Under the pieces are notes generated by a model. It was not told the origin of the DNA and searched no databases. It worked only from the letters and a program-made list of their open reading frames with translations. From positions 17,236,001 through 17,300,000 of the forward strand of contig JAQFVV010000006.1 of assembly GCA_028023455.1 (NCBI GenBank): DNA of 64,000 nucleotides. The letters are read 5' to 3'. Both the position numbers and the translations under genes were made by a program. Of the stretch, positions 11,388-25,233 are shown one piece after another (within the stretch, counting starts at the first letter, position 1; each line of letters opens with the position of its first letter). The stretch is from Epiperipatus broadwayi. Taxonomy: Eukaryota > Animalia > Onychophora.

Positions 11388-11967
11388 GTATTTTTATAAC
11401 ATGTCCATTGATTGTTTGCTCAACCTTATGTAGCCTGGTGTGTGCAGAATGAATCATGACTGTTAAAGCAGGTTTTAAGTTTAAGCTGGGGAAGTCATGT
11501 GACATGATTCTTTGTTTTTGCATATTAATTATTAATCTCTGCAATTTTTTTCCAAAATCTTATTTTTTAACTTAGAATTCAGAATACCATTTAGTTGTAG
11601 AACTAAGTTTCAAACTATATCTCAGTGTAATTTAAAAAGAATCTACTTTCTGTATAACAATTTTGGATAGATCATTGGCTTATTTCACTACACAAGTTTT
11701 GATGGAATTTCATTATTTGTATTAGTAAAATTTATTTCAGTTTTGAACTGTTTAGCTTGTGTTCAGTATTACGTTTATGCATATATTCACAAAATAAGTT
11801 GTTGTTATTATTGTTTTTGAGATTTATCAGAACTTATTTTTCCATAGGAAATATTTATTAGTAAGTTATCAATTACACTATTAAACCAGAAGAATGTGCT
11901 ATTTATTAGTTTTTATTGGAAATATAAGCAGACACAATCTATTAGATAAGGTTGAATCATGTAAACG

Positions 11968-12085
11968 TATAATCCTTGAGTTTTTAATTTATTTGAGAGT
12001 TGTATTACACACTCTCCACTGTCTATTATAATCCTTGAGTTTTTAATTTATTTGAGAGTTGTATTACACACTCTCCACTGTCTAT
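11968..12085. repeat. Tandem duplication, 2 x 59 bp
   Basis: TATAATCCTTGAG...CACTGTCTAT occurs twice. Confidence 0.95.
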
Positions 12086-14214
12086 TTTAGTGCAATAGTC
12101 AATGTCACACCCCATGATTGTATCTCCATCTCTCTCACTTTCATTGCTCACACTCTTAATGAACTAGTAAACCACCCAAGTATTACTTTTTTTTAACAAT
12201 CTCTGTATTTTAAAATTCATCCTAAAGAACCTATCCTATCCAGCCATAACTTACCATTTCTTTGCTTTGAAAGTGACTCTTTCCAATAAATAAAAAAATA
12301 TTAGTAGGAAAAAGCATCAATATTTATGTATTGAAAAAATAATATTTAATTATTAAAGGAAAAAGGAAATGTTGATTCACATAAAAAAAAAAAAAAGAAA
12401 TCCAATTTTTTCTCAATAAAAAGATTTTAAATTTCTAATTAGTAATTATTAATTTTTAGTAGCCATTCACTAGTCTAGAAATTATTCAATTAATGAATAT
12501 GTTTGTGTAATGTCATTTTTCACAACACCTTTCTCACCCAAGATAGTGACAGGTTTCTACCCTCTGCAAGGTATTAAAAGCTGATACAAACCAGTCCCTT
12601 AACTTGTGTAAGACTGGTGTGAAAGTTACACTACAAAAATATTATTCATTAAGTGGATAACGTAATTGTTTATGAACATATATTAGGACTATTTATTAAG
12701 AATTTTTTAAAAAAACTTTGAGTGATATAATATTCTGATTATTTATGAAGCACCCACGAAGTCTGTTATTAGAAAGAGAAAGGCTTTAACCTTTTTCACA
12801 TGCCCTTAAACAGATCTTAATATTAATTCATTGTAAATTGCAAGATTTTGCATAAATTAATTTGTGAAAGGAAATAATGAATTCAAATCTGAAGAGAGTA
12901 ATATATCTTCATGCTCTCGAATTAAGATGCTTCAGATTGGCCTATATAAATAAGAAATTAGGTTAAAGATTCCTTCTTGTGTTGAGGTTTGAGAGATCCC
13001 TGTACAGTCAAAAACTACATTGTTTGGCTATTATACAAACATTTATGGGTGCATGTTTATTTGCTTAAAGTGTTAAAGAAGTGTTGATGAGTTTATAGTG
13101 AAATATAAAAAGAAGCAAAATATAGAGGGAGAAAGAAGAAATGGATAAGAGTTATATGTGAAAAATAAGAGATATATTAGTTGGTTTATATACAATTGAT
13201 AGCAGTCTGAAGATTCTAAACATTTGAATCCTGATATTATCTATCTTTATATAATAACTGGAATTAACTTAAACTTCCAATGAGTTGTATAGCATAAAGA
13301 AACCCTCCAAAAGACAGATGATACCATATGTCTTTCAATTATTTATAATGTGCTATTGATTCTTTACACAATAAATACATTTTCCTACTTACATCTTACT
13401 TTGTAGTTTACAATTATTATTAGCATTCATTTCATCATGACTAGTAACATTTGTTAACGAGTATAATTATTCCAATTGCAGAATAAAGAAAAAAAAGTCA
13501 GTTTGTAAGGTCTATAATCAATGGAACACAAATGCTATCATTTATTTGTGCTGCTTTCTTTTAATATCTGCTCTTTTCCATTGTGAGTAGATGTGTTTTG
13601 TTACCATATCTTTCCAATGAAAAACTCATTGGAGAGTTTTTGAGATAATCTTTAGGATATTCATTTACTATTCGTCTAAATAGCCATTCAATTATTACAG
13701 AAAAATAATTGTGTCAACAGTTGCTAGGGAGGTCAAGCAACATTCTAACAATCTGAGCACAATAGTTCTATTTAATTGGTGGTGGTTCTATTTTTATTTG
13801 CTTTCTTATTCTGAAATCAATCCAAGAATTCATTGCCAGCCGTTAAGAGAAAGAGTGGAGAACAATTTGTTAATAAATCATCCATTTACTTATTATTGAA
13901 ATATTTGTTTTAATTATTAATTAAGATGAGAATCAGATGTGGCTGATTATAATTTTTCTTTCTTTTTTGATTAGAATCTAAATAATCCAAAAAGTATTTT
14001 ATTTATCTTCAATTAGTTAAGTTTCTGACTATTTAATTGCGATTTAGATTATTTTTTTAAAAGAATACACATTTTTAATCATAATTTTTTTCTACATAAA
14101 TAAATTCAAAAATGGTAAAATATTAATTGCAGCTCGTTTATTTTTAACAAATGTGACTGCTAAAACTTAATGGTACCATGAGTCTAATAAATAGTTGAAC
14201 ATTTGACCAGTACA

Positions 14215-15230
14215 TACATAACAAAATATAATCTACTGGGTCCATGTGGGCAGGTTGAACGAACATGGTCCCAGTCCATTCGGACTAATCTGTGTAAAGA
14301 TCTTGATATTTTGACAGGCGAAGATCAATTTGTGACCACTGCTTGTCTGGAAAGGTATGAAGTTATACACATTGTTGTATTGGTGGGCTCGGATTTACCT
14401 TCCTCGCCTTTTCCTCAGGGTGGAAGTGGTGATCATGAGGGGCCTGGTTCATTTGTGGGGGCAGTCAGTGATCATTGCCAAGCTCGGATAAACCTGCCGG
14501 ATGGGCGAGAGTCACTGTCCTCCCTTGGTCTTTGCCCTGATGGGCTCTCGCACCACCCTGTTGGATTGTTTGATAGATCAGTGTCAATTCGTGCTCATTA
14601 TTATTGTTTCCTTAGTCAATCTTAGATTTAGGGCATGTGAAAGGTGGTTGGCTTGCTTTGGGCCACTGCCAAATTGATGGAGTTTTGTTATAATATTCTG
14701 TGGACACAGGCCTGCACTTTTCTTTTCTTCCTTAGGGGTGGAAGGTGGTGGTTATTGGGGGCCTGGTTTATTGGTGCGGGCTATTGGTGATCATTGCCGC
14801 TACCTGGAAAACATGCCGGGAGGGTACAGGGTCAAAGTTTCAGCACCATTTCCGCTCTGATGGGCTGCTGTGCCCCTTTGATAGTTGGGTTTTGAGCAGG
14901 GCAAATCTGTGCTCATTACTGGTTAGCTTTTCCTTAGTTGCCACTCCAATTTTGGACCGGTAGACCGAATGTGGTCCTGGCCCATTTGGAATGGTGAATG
15001 GGGAAATAGAGGTACCTGAAATGGGCTCAACATGGCTTTGCCATGGGTCAAGGTGGCCCTGGTGCCTTGGACCTCATTGCTTGTTGTGGTGGTTGGCGCA
15101 ATGCTGGATGTTTGCCTATTCAGCTGAAGTATTTGGGTCTTCGCTTCTGGGCCCCAGGGTGGGGATTATTGGGCAATGAACAACTCAGCAGTTGGGCCAT
15201 GTAGAACCATGTACAGATACACACTAAACG
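14215..15230. mobile_element. GC-rich inserted element with internal diverged ~320-bp-period duplication; unclassified
   Basis: Sharp GC step relative to the flanks. 14409-14625 is similar to 14727-14940. No recognisable protein domain. Confidence 0.45.
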
Positions 15231-15580
15231 ATTATAGTAACCCTTTTATGGATATAATTGTTATTAAGGGTATGTCCCTTTTGTAAACCTGGTTAATAAT
15301 TGTTTTACCTTTGGGTCAGTAGACCTGAAAATTTTTTGTAATCTTTTAATTAATAAAGGTTACTTTTGAAACTAAAACAAATTCTTTTATAATAAACTGT
15401 TTTTATGAAACAAGTTAATTTATTACTATTAGGTCTTTCTCTTAATTAATCAGTATGATATAGTAAAATATGTGATCAATTTTTACAAAGATGCAAACTA
15501 TTTTATTTTAAAATGACCAAAATATCATATGATGACCATTTTCTACGCTTGCACGAGTTGTTAATAACAGTAATCAACTC

Positions 15581-16058
15581 TCCATAAAGTAGTGCCACCT
15601 AGTGCAACCTTAGTAATCAATGGATGCAAGAGGGTTTGTGCATAAAATCCTTATCTAATGCCTACTCATGTGATATTTTAGTGGTTTATACCAATCCTGC
15701 CAATGGGATTATGATGACTGATTTTTGAAAAAACAAAAATACCAAAATATACGGATGTTGAACTGAGTTCAAATCCACATGACTACACAAGTGAATGGGC
15801 TTGAATTAAAAATATTGTGTTTTTATCCTGGGATTTTAGTTTTATAATTAAGTAAATAGATAAAAGGGGGCTGCTAGAGGGTTGCATTGGACCCTAAGAT
15901 TTAGATGCAGTGCTTTCAGATCCAAGACTTCTCACTGATGAACGTTAGAAACTAGTCTTGGGAAAATGGATGAGTAGGCAGTAGATAGGAATTTTATCAC
16001 AAACCTTCTTGCATCCATTGATTACTAAGGATTGCACTAGCTGGCATTACTGTATGGA
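15581..16058. mobile_element. Foldback element with ~90-bp inverted arms (repeat family 2)
   Basis: 15581-15669 is the reverse complement of 15970-16058. The same sequence occurs at 52351-52422. Confidence 0.8.
15928..15963 (+). ncRNA. Degenerate minimal hammerhead-like motif (family 2)
   Basis: CTGATGA-ACGTTA-GAAA-CTAG-TC-TTGGGA: intact core, palindromic helix III ACTAGT and a GUC triplet. Helix II cannot pair and helix I is imperfect. Confidence 0.35.
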
Positions 16059-17039
16059 AAGTGAGCTCTTGCTAATTTATTTTACTCTTTATTAATTTGG
16101 TATCTTTAAAACTTGCTGCAATGTAACATTCTTGCCATGATAATTGTTACTTTATGGTTTGCTTATATGATAACCTAAAACATTTTATACAAAGTGTATA
16201 TACACTGAATATAAATAAAATATGTATGGGATTTGGACAATTCATTGTTCCTAATATGTTGCATATAATGCACAATATATTTATATTATTCATATTGATT
16301 TCGCTCATCGAGGGAATCTGCCAAAATAACTTTCAATATCAATTAGTAATCCTGATAATTATTTATGGTAGCCATTACTTTGATTGATTATTAAAATTCC
16401 ACAGGAAATTATAGTTTGTTTTATTGAATTCCTAAATCAATTAGACAACTATTTTAAAATTGAAATATGTGGAAAGAATATTAAATTTTTTTTTTTTTTA
16501 TTGTAATAAATAAAACATAAGTTTTGTCTTTGAAATGAAAACACCAATATATTATGGAGCCCTGATCAGTGGAATAGGTATTTTTTTTACTTTTCATGAA
16601 TTTTAATTTGAGATCTAATGGAGCCCATAAATATTCTTTTCAAAAAATAGAGACATTTTGACACTTTCTAACCCTGTATGAAACATTCAGTATGTGTATA
16701 GAGACATTTGGAAATATTTACTTCGAATAAAACAGGAGTTGAACATACAATTTCTAATACTCTTGGTTGGTTTCCTATGAAGAGGATATGTAATAATAAT
16801 TCAGTAATACATCTTGATGGCTATAATAACATTTCTTATAATGAGGTTTGATAATATTTTATGCTCTATAATCATAATTAATTAAAATGGAATATTGTAT
16901 TTTTGTCTTCTATTTTTTTAATTAATGTCATTGTAAGGAAGTATATTTATTTTAGCAAAATGCATAAAGAGTCCATAACTGTGTTAACTCTGTCATATTT
17001 ATTATTTATTCTCTTGCTGAGTTCTTTAATGGGTGACTT

Positions 17040-17250
17040 CACTTTTCCTACTCCAGAAATCATTGTCAATGAACTTCACTTTGTTGTTTTTGCTGTCTCA
17101 AAAGATCCCATTACTGAGCAGAACTTGTCCTACTGCTAATCTTGGCCAATGTGATTCCCACAAAAGCAATTGGTTTATCTTGCCATCTTCTTGGTCTTCC
17201 TCAATTTCTCATTCCATCAAATGGGTTACATTTTTGTCATTTCAGACATT
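17040..17250 (-). mobile_element. RTE LINE 3' fragment, decayed
   Basis: Minus strand reads PFDGMRN*GRPRRWQD, similar to WIPRDCKRPRKRPHVRWMD at 60940. Confidence 0.55.
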
Positions 17251-17603
17251 AGAAATATAATTAGAATGAGTAATACTAATAATGATTTATAACACCCAAA
17301 AGTATATAGTGTATTTCTTTTATGTTTTATTCATGCTATTTTGTAGAGTTGATGATGAAACAATGGATTTTTTTTACTCTACAAATATGTTTCTTCCTAA
17401 CTTATGTCAAAGTTTTTCATTACAATTATGTTTTAGCTAATGTATTGGCAATGGAATAAAGCACAAGAGGAAAAGTTTACTATTTTATTATTAGTGCTCC
17501 AGTCTTGTTTTTTTTTTTTTTTATATTCTTATAAGAGTGTATTTTACATTTTTCCCCACTCAACATAGTTTGAATTTGAGTTGAATTAAATCCTGTATAT
17601 ATT

Positions 17604-17714
17604 CTACATATTAAGTTTAACACTTGACTTCAAGCACATTGATAGTTATTTGGTTTTGCTACATATTAAGTTTAACACTTGACTTCAAGCACATTGATAG
17701 TTATTTGGTTTTGC
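17604..17714. repeat. Tandem duplication, 2 x 55 bp
   Basis: CTACATATTAAG...TTTGGTTTTG occurs twice. Confidence 0.95.
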
Positions 17715-18764
17715 ACAACTAGTAAACCATGAAACGAATGTCAAGAAATCATCACTCATTTTTGCAATATTTTAGAGAATTTCTTATTTTTTTATTTTCA
17801 TAATGTTCTTCTATGAAACAAAGTTATGTTTATTTTACTTGATGGTCTTCCATGATATTTTGTAGTCTATATGCTTTCTTTTCATTATATCTAATTAATC
17901 TTTCAACATATCATTGATATATAAATTTTGTTGAGAGCATCAAATGTCATGGAGTTGAAGTCTAGTATATATTTGATTTTTCGTATATTTAGCCTTCAGT
18001 TTGAATAGAGTTTGTAAAGGAAATTAAATTAACATTGGCACATTTATTGGTTAAAAATATTTTAAAAGACTAATAAAATAATGAACATATTTTAATAATA
18101 TTAAATTATCTTAAAAACTAAAAAAAATTACCGTTTGTCTTTATATTATGAAATTAATTTTTTTTATCATCGTGAGGGTTTTCAGTGCCTGAAAAACATT
18201 AATAGTTTTTACATTTTATATATATTATTAAAAGTTTCAATGTAAATTTATTTGAAACAAATAATTTCAGAAATAAATAAAAACATTGTTTGTTTTTACT
18301 AATGTAATGTAAACATCTGCTAGTATTATACAAAAGATCACATGAAACTTAATGAAGTTTAATAGACTTTTTCTTATTTCATACTTACATCTGCTATCTA
18401 GGAACAAAAATGAAAAACAGGTTGTTGATTTATTACTGTTAAATTGCAATTGTTCAATGCAATATTGCATGTAGATTTTACCACCCAATGCAAACTTTTC
18501 TCTTCAATAATCAAAGTCTTTCAGAGAATGTAGAGACACTTCAGTTACTTGACATAAAATTACTTTTACCGCTATCTATAGCATTTATTTGCCAGTTTTT
18601 TATTATAAAAGGTCATGGTTTTTAGCTTTCATCACAGTTTATTTGTTTTCAAGGAAGTTGCCGTGTTTGTGTGAGCTTATCCTGCAAATGAAAGTTGCAT
18701 AGTTTGTTTATTTATTTGTGATTATTCTTGAAAAATATTTGTGAAAAATTTACTTTATGAAAAG

Positions 18765-19130
18765 ATTATGATGTAGACTAGGTTCTTCTTTGAAAATATT
18801 TGTTTTAGAAGAATAGAATCCCAGAGAAATTTAATAACGTAAAGCGGGAACTTATCATTGGCTGAAAAAGACGGGGTTTTTTTTTTTGCCATTTTTTAAA
18901 AATAATTATAAGCAAAATGTTAAATTTTAAAACTTAATTTTGTTGCTTTATGTATTCTTGACAAAAATTCATTTTAGTAACAGTTATGAAGTTCAAATAA
19001 ATAAAACCTATTGTTCTGATTATTTTTGTCAATTTAGTTATTTTTTTTCTATATTTGCAAAATTGGAATTTTGTTTTTAGCAATGGTTTTTAATTTTAAA
19101 CTTACATTTCTAAGAAATAATTTAAAAATT
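18765..19130. repeat. Dispersed repeat with CCAAT-type motif (related to 47270-47400 and 47940-47970)
   Basis: GAAAATATTTGTT...AGAGAAAT-TAATAAC-TAA...ATTGGCTGAAAAAGA and AAACTTA-ATTTCTAAGAAATAATTT are shared between the loci. Confidence 0.5.
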
Positions 19131-20188
19131 GACAAAATATGCTGAAGAGTAAATATTTATTCATAAAAATAAAGGCTTTTAATGTTAACCAAAACCCAAT
19201 AGGAGTCTCTCCAAAAAAAGTGCAGAAAAGGGTAATACAAGATGTACAATTCAACATCACACCATCAGGCTAATTGACTATTGGAAGAAGCAGTAAGGGT
19301 TACTACATATGATATTTAGATTTCTAAATTGCATTAAAATAAATAAAAACAATAAATTTTGTTAACAATTTATTAAATGATAGCTAAATTGTCATAACGG
19401 GCTAATTGTTATAAATGGAATTACCTCTCCCTATTTTTTTCATTTTAATTTTAAACTGTTTTGTTAATTATCTGTTCACATATAAATATTGATTAAATGC
19501 AATTATATTGAAGGTTTGATGTTTATGAGAGTTTTTCAAAACTTTCTTAGGAAATATCTTTGAACATCATGTTATATTCTTAATGGCAGTGGATTATCTT
19601 AACTCATCTAATGATGAATTATTCTAGATTGTTTTTTATTTTGTGTCTACATCTTTAAGGCTTTGACTTGAAAATCTAAAAAATATGTTTAAAACTAGTT
19701 GATACATTTCTCTCTTTCCATAAAGTTTTGTGGCTTGTCATACGATTTTTTACTTTATTTTATTGGCTTAATTTTTTGCTACATTGCCTTTCTGTTGTTT
19801 AATGCCAGTTCGATTTTGCTTGTCTTTTGGTATTTTATGTGCCATAACCTGTTCGTAGAAGTGTTAAATTGTGGGTTGAATGATAGCCAATGAACGATAA
19901 TTTTTCACTGAATGCCATAATATCAAAATCATTTTTGGAAGAGAATGAAATGAAATGAAAAGAGATGTGAGAATGAAATGAGAGAATTTGCTGAATTATT
20001 CTAGAAAGTAAAACTTTGTGATAGATCTTTGTTGAGAAATATTGGGAACATTTTGTTTGCAGTTGACTGTCAGGGAATAATGACTTTTGGTCACTCATTA
20101 TACACATGCATATATAAGTATTATTCTAATTTTCTGTCTCTCATCTAATATACTAAACATACAGCTTTCTAAGTAAAAGTTCATATTG

Positions 20189-20286
20189 GTTTTTTTTTTC
20201 ATATGTCAAAGCATTGACCGGGAAGTGAACCCCGGCCAGCTGCTTGGAAGGCAGCTATGCTAACCACTAGGCCACCAATGCATGCC
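20189..20286 (-). mobile_element. tRNA-Gly(TCC)-derived SINE with 13-bp TSD
   Basis: tRNA-like body at 20211-20281 (GCATTGG...CTTCCAA...TCAATGC) with a mutated T-loop (TTCACTT), tail TTGACATATG-(A)n, and TSD AAAGTTCATATTG at 20176-20188 and 20287-20299. Confidence 0.9.
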
Positions 20287-21034
20287 AAAGTTCATATTGT
20301 TGTAGTATGAAATATTAACGAATTTCAAGATATTTTATAAACTCTCAACTTGTTAAAGTTTTTCATATTTGAATTTTATTTAGTCATCTTTTAATATTTT
20401 GCCCCTCATATCGTTTACCGATCCTAAAAAGTAATAAAAAGACAGAATTTTTGTCTAATTATTTTTTCTTTTATGTACTCTAATTATTAATCTCAATTAT
20501 ACATACTTTTATTGCATTTTCCATCATGGTTTTACTATTTCATTTTTATTTCTCTTGTTTGATGTCATACAGCTATATATATATATATTAAATTGAACAC
20601 TTTCACGATATTCAAATATAAATGAAATATCTGGGTACATCTGAATATAATTTATTGAAAATATATATTATAAACCAATGTTTCAACCAGGTCACACTAT
20701 TATAAAATAATTGTTGTGGAAAATAAAACGGCTTGTATATGTATTTTTCAATAAATTATACCCAAATGTTTCATTTTATATATGTATACACACACATAAA
20801 AAAAACTTATTTATATAATTTATTCTTTACTTCTGTATAATACTCTTCTGTTTTATTTCCGTAATATTTTAATTTTATTTATCTATTTTTTTTTTTTTTT
20901 AATCTGGCATATTCCAACAGTATGATATCTAGGAACAGTTTTCTACTCAAATATTCTATTTGCATATTTTTTGGCATAAACTTAATTTTATTTGTGAGGT
21001 TGAGGATTTTCCAGTTCAAAAGACAATTTATAGG

Positions 21035-21106
21035 TGGTCGAGAGGTCAGCGACGGCTGCTTTACAAGCAGTTGCTTTCCGGCTGATGGTATGACACATGA
21101 GAAAAA
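21035..21106 (+). mobile_element. Same SINE family, TTTACAA loop variant, 17-bp TSD
   Basis: GGTCGAGAGGTCAGCGACGGCTGCTTTACAAGCAG...TATGACACATGAG-(A)n, with TSD AAAAGACAATTTATAGG at 21018-21034 and 21107-21123. Confidence 0.85.
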
Positions 21107-21289
21107 AAAAGACAATTTATAGGATGTTCCTAATGTTTTGAATACAACATACCAAGGCTTTATTTTTTTAATTAATATTCAAAAACTCAATTTTTTTTAA
21201 TAGCCAGTGGCAGAAGAAAATCCTCAGCAACTTTCAGCTTAGATGATTATCAAATTGAGAATGGAAACCAATATCTTGATAGTTTTTAA

Positions 21290-21905
21290 GTAGAAAGGTA
21301 AAACATAGATGTTGAGGCCCAACACAATTTCCATTGTACAGGATATCATTATAGGGAAATAACTACTGCAACTAAGTTAACTATGTAGAGCTATTATTTT
21401 ATCTAATTTATTGTATGGATGTGAAACTTGGACACCCTATCAATGCAATATAAAGGCATTAGAAAAGTTTCATTTAAGGTTGTTTGTAAAATTTTAAAAG
21501 TACAATGGTAAAATCATAAAGCCGATCAATAAGTTTTTCAATTTGCTGGATGTGTTACAACACGGCCCCCTTTTTGAAAATCAGATCTTTGTTGGATTGG
21601 ACATGCAAAATGAAAGAATAATGCAAGACTTCCTAAAAGGGTATTTTACGGTGAGCTTCTGTCTATATTCTAAGGATTATCTCAAAGACATTTTAAGGAA
21701 GTAGAATGTCCATTTGGAAGATATGGCAGAGAATAGAATGCATTGGAGAGCTACAATTAGACATGGGGTTGAAGCATTTCAGAAAGAAAAGTTTTTTTTG
21801 CAGAAGAAATTAAAAGTCAACATAAAATATTAAGTAAACAAAAAATTGAACTAGCGTGCATTTATATGTGGACATACAGATTGGTTTACAAACTCAGTTC
21901 TAGAA
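21290..21905 (+). mobile_element. RTE-clade LINE 3' fragment (family B)
   Basis: Reads TKLTMYRAIILSN.LYGCETWTPYQCNIKALEKFH...WIGHA...RLPKRVFYGEL...EDMAENRMHWRATIRHG with frameshifts. Confidence 0.85.
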
Positions 21906-23129
21906 TGATTTTCTCACTACTTATTTTCCAATCGTTTGCACAATCATGATGTAAAATATGAAAAATAATAATAACCAATGAAACTAATCTTACAATATCT
22001 CACAAAAGATGTTTGATACACGTGAATTTAACTACTGTTTTGCAGTAACTTCTTCATTATATATATATATGCCAAAATTGTTTGCTTAAATCCAAATGTA
22101 CATAAATCAACTTTTTTTAAACAGCATATATTGTGTATTTATTTCTTATATACTTTGCTTTTTTTTTTTCTATTTCAAATCTTTTTAGTTTTGTTTCACA
22201 TCCTTTTTATTCTTTTTATTTGACATATTTTCTTCTTTTATGTATGTAGATTTTTTTCTTTTCTATATTTCACTGGTTTTTTTTCTTCATATACTAGCAT
22301 TTAACTAGTAGTTTATGTTTTCTTTTACTGGAACAAGATTAACCTTCAGTGTATTTTTATTATTCCACTAAACTTTTTAAACCTTTTTTTTTTTAAAAAT
22401 AATGTTTTTTGTTTTTTTTTAATATTTATCAGCTTTTTTAAAAATGTATATAAATGTCTTTTTCATATTTATTATTTCATAGAAATTGCTTTTTATTTCT
22501 GCTACTTAAATGTTTTTTGATTATCTATTGATTTTTTCTACCATATATTGATTTTTCACTATTTTTTTTACTAGTTTCTGCGTTGATTAATATTTTTTCA
22601 TTTTTTTTTTTTTTTATTGCATTGTGTATTGTAAATAAATCTTTAAAAAATTTACTTCTTTGCACCTTTCACAATGCTTTTTATCCAATTATCTGTCAGT
22701 TTCAACTGTCTAAGCATTCTTTTTCAGAAGTGTTGAAACTCTCAAATGAATAAAAAGCATTCTGGAAAGTACAAACTAAAATTAATTTTTTTTTTTAAAA
22801 AGACATTATTTGTCATTTGTCTCTCTTCAAGAAAAATTTTCATTTAGAGAAATTAAATAAATTGTCTTATTTTTTCTTGTTTTTTTTTTTTTTCGATTTT
22901 TTTACTAGTCACAGTTTTAGTAATAGTAAAATATTTCAGACAAAAAGCACTTATTAGCTCTTCCTATATATACTGTGTTGAAAATATAATATCATATGAT
23001 ATGGAATTTCCTTGATAGTATTTTACAATATAATGATATAATGCAAAATAGCTTCTCCTTAATTAAATGAAGACATTTATTTCTAAGCATAGGTTATATA
23101 CTTTAAGATCCAGTTATTAAAGTTCAATA

Positions 23130-24000
23130 TTCTCTTTTTTTGAAATCTTTTTATATCACTAAAATCCATCTATTTTCTTCTCTGCCTAATCTACAATCAC
23201 CAACCAATTTTCCCAGGATTTATGCATTTCCCCTTTACACCCCCCCCCCATTATTTATATTGTTTATTTTCATCATAAAAAAAAAACGTTACCCCTTCAC
23301 TGATTGGATCTTTATAATTCTTCACCTTCTATACAAAATATCCTGAATTTTTTTCCACATACAAATATCCATTATTTTCCTTTGCATCTTCACAGGAATG
23401 AAATCTACAATCTTAAATTTTTATCTCATTTTGATTATTTGTCTTGGTATCCATAAATTATGTCTTTATATAGTGTAATGCCTTTTATATTCATTTTCTG
23501 TAACTCTTTAAACAACTGTGATGAAATGATACAATGAAACATTTTTTTTTTATCAATGTTAAAAATTTCTGATCAAGTAAGCCCATTCAAACCTTTTTTT
23601 TTTTTAACTGATCTCTAAACTATACAGCTTTTATAACATTAAATCTATTTTATTTTTAACCTATTTTCACAGCAATAATTTTGTTCATTCAGTGACTTTA
23701 TTATTCTTATCATTATCAAGTCCTAATATAAAAACTTTAAACCCACTTTTTATATATCTACTTAATAAATACTTATTTTCTTACAAATTATTCTTTCCAA
23801 TTGCAAAAATCTAAACTTTTATAATTAATAGCTTATATTTTTTTATCTTATGTAATTTACAAAACAACTCCCTTCACCTGAGTTATTCCATTTTTAAGCA
23901 CATTCTTTTGTTTTTAGAGTCCCTATTCAAGTTTTAAAATAAACTACTTTTCATAGAATTATTATAAAATGCCTTCCTCTTGGTTATCTGTTTCTTATAC
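23130..24000 (-). mobile_element. Possible very old RTE remnant
   Basis: Strong strand asymmetry. The minus strand has traces resembling LTYGSETW (about 23560) and WIPR (about 23440). Confidence 0.3.
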
Positions 24001-25233
24001 ACATTCCACCAGTACTCATTCTTTCTAACTCTTTGTATTTTATTAATGGTAAATTTTTTCTAAATCAAAAATTACTTCTGTTATGAATAACAATCATCAT
24101 TACATATAAAGTTCATTTTTATACAGATAAATTGCTACAAATCTTTAATTCATTTTTTTTTAAAACTTAACCAAGCAATTTATCCAAACAACGACGGACC
24201 CTCGTCTGAGAAATCTAGAAATTAAATTTGCATTTTTCACCCTCTACTGAGAAATCTTGCTAACATTTTTTTTTTTTACAGTTTAAAATTCACATATATT
24301 TATTTTCTAATATTTTAATTTCAAAAAAATTCAAAAGATATCATGAAAATTAAATAAACGGGAATTTCAAAGTAATTGAAACCACACATTGATGCCTAGT
24401 CATTGTATATTTGACCATCTCAAACTTTGCGAGATTACTTTGAGAAAATAATATGATGGTCTAAAAACTTGATCTTTTGGAAAGTTTATGATTATTTTTA
24501 TATCGTAATTGTGTAATAATTTCTAGAAATCAGAAATATATATTATTACATATTTATTTTTTACAGAAATGTTTTATTTTTAAATAAAAAAGAATATATT
24601 CTGAATATTGTTACAATGGGGATTACGGTTATGGGAAGTACAACTATCTAAAAATTATCTCACTCAGCAGACTTATAATATTTAGCAATGTTGTAAAAAT
24701 TATGAAAAAACGTTAAACTTTTAAAACATAAATTGATAGATTTAGTAGATATTAAAAATAATTTGTTCACATTTTTAAAACAAACATCAAACAAAGATTT
24801 CATTCATTTTTCAAATTGAATCAGCTCTACCTGAAATTTGATGATGTGACAGCATTTTGTTTTGATTAAAATGTAATTTTTAAAATAATTCTGAAAATAA
24901 AATGGGATTTTTAAAATTTATTTAAATCAAATGAGGTCAAATTTATTATATTCTGATAAATAATAATGGTTTAATATTAAAATGAAAGTTGAAAGCTTAA
25001 ATCTAGTGAGAACGAAGAAATCTGTCAGAATGTTAGCAGTGTGCAGGAAAGTTAAACTACTATTTTTTTACCCTGCTTATTATTTGTTCTTTTTTTAACA
25101 CATTCAACAAGTGTATCCAGTTATCAAACTTTAAATAGAACCGAACCGATATTCCATTAAGTAGTATACTATATAGTGTACTTCTATTTTATTTTGAGTT
25201 GGTATTTTAGATTTAGTGCCTGAAATATTCTAG

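Noticed and set aside
12885-12940. CTGAAGA...GAAT hammerhead look-alike
   Set aside because: Extra nucleotides before GAA, no A15.1 and no helix I. Better explained as a simple hairpin.
20211-20281. Functional tRNA-Gly(TCC) gene
   Set aside because: The T-loop/B-box is mutated, and the SINE tail and TSD indicate a retrocopy.
22100-22700. T-rich strand-biased tract
   Set aside because: Possibly a decayed LINE linker, but no motif could be identified.
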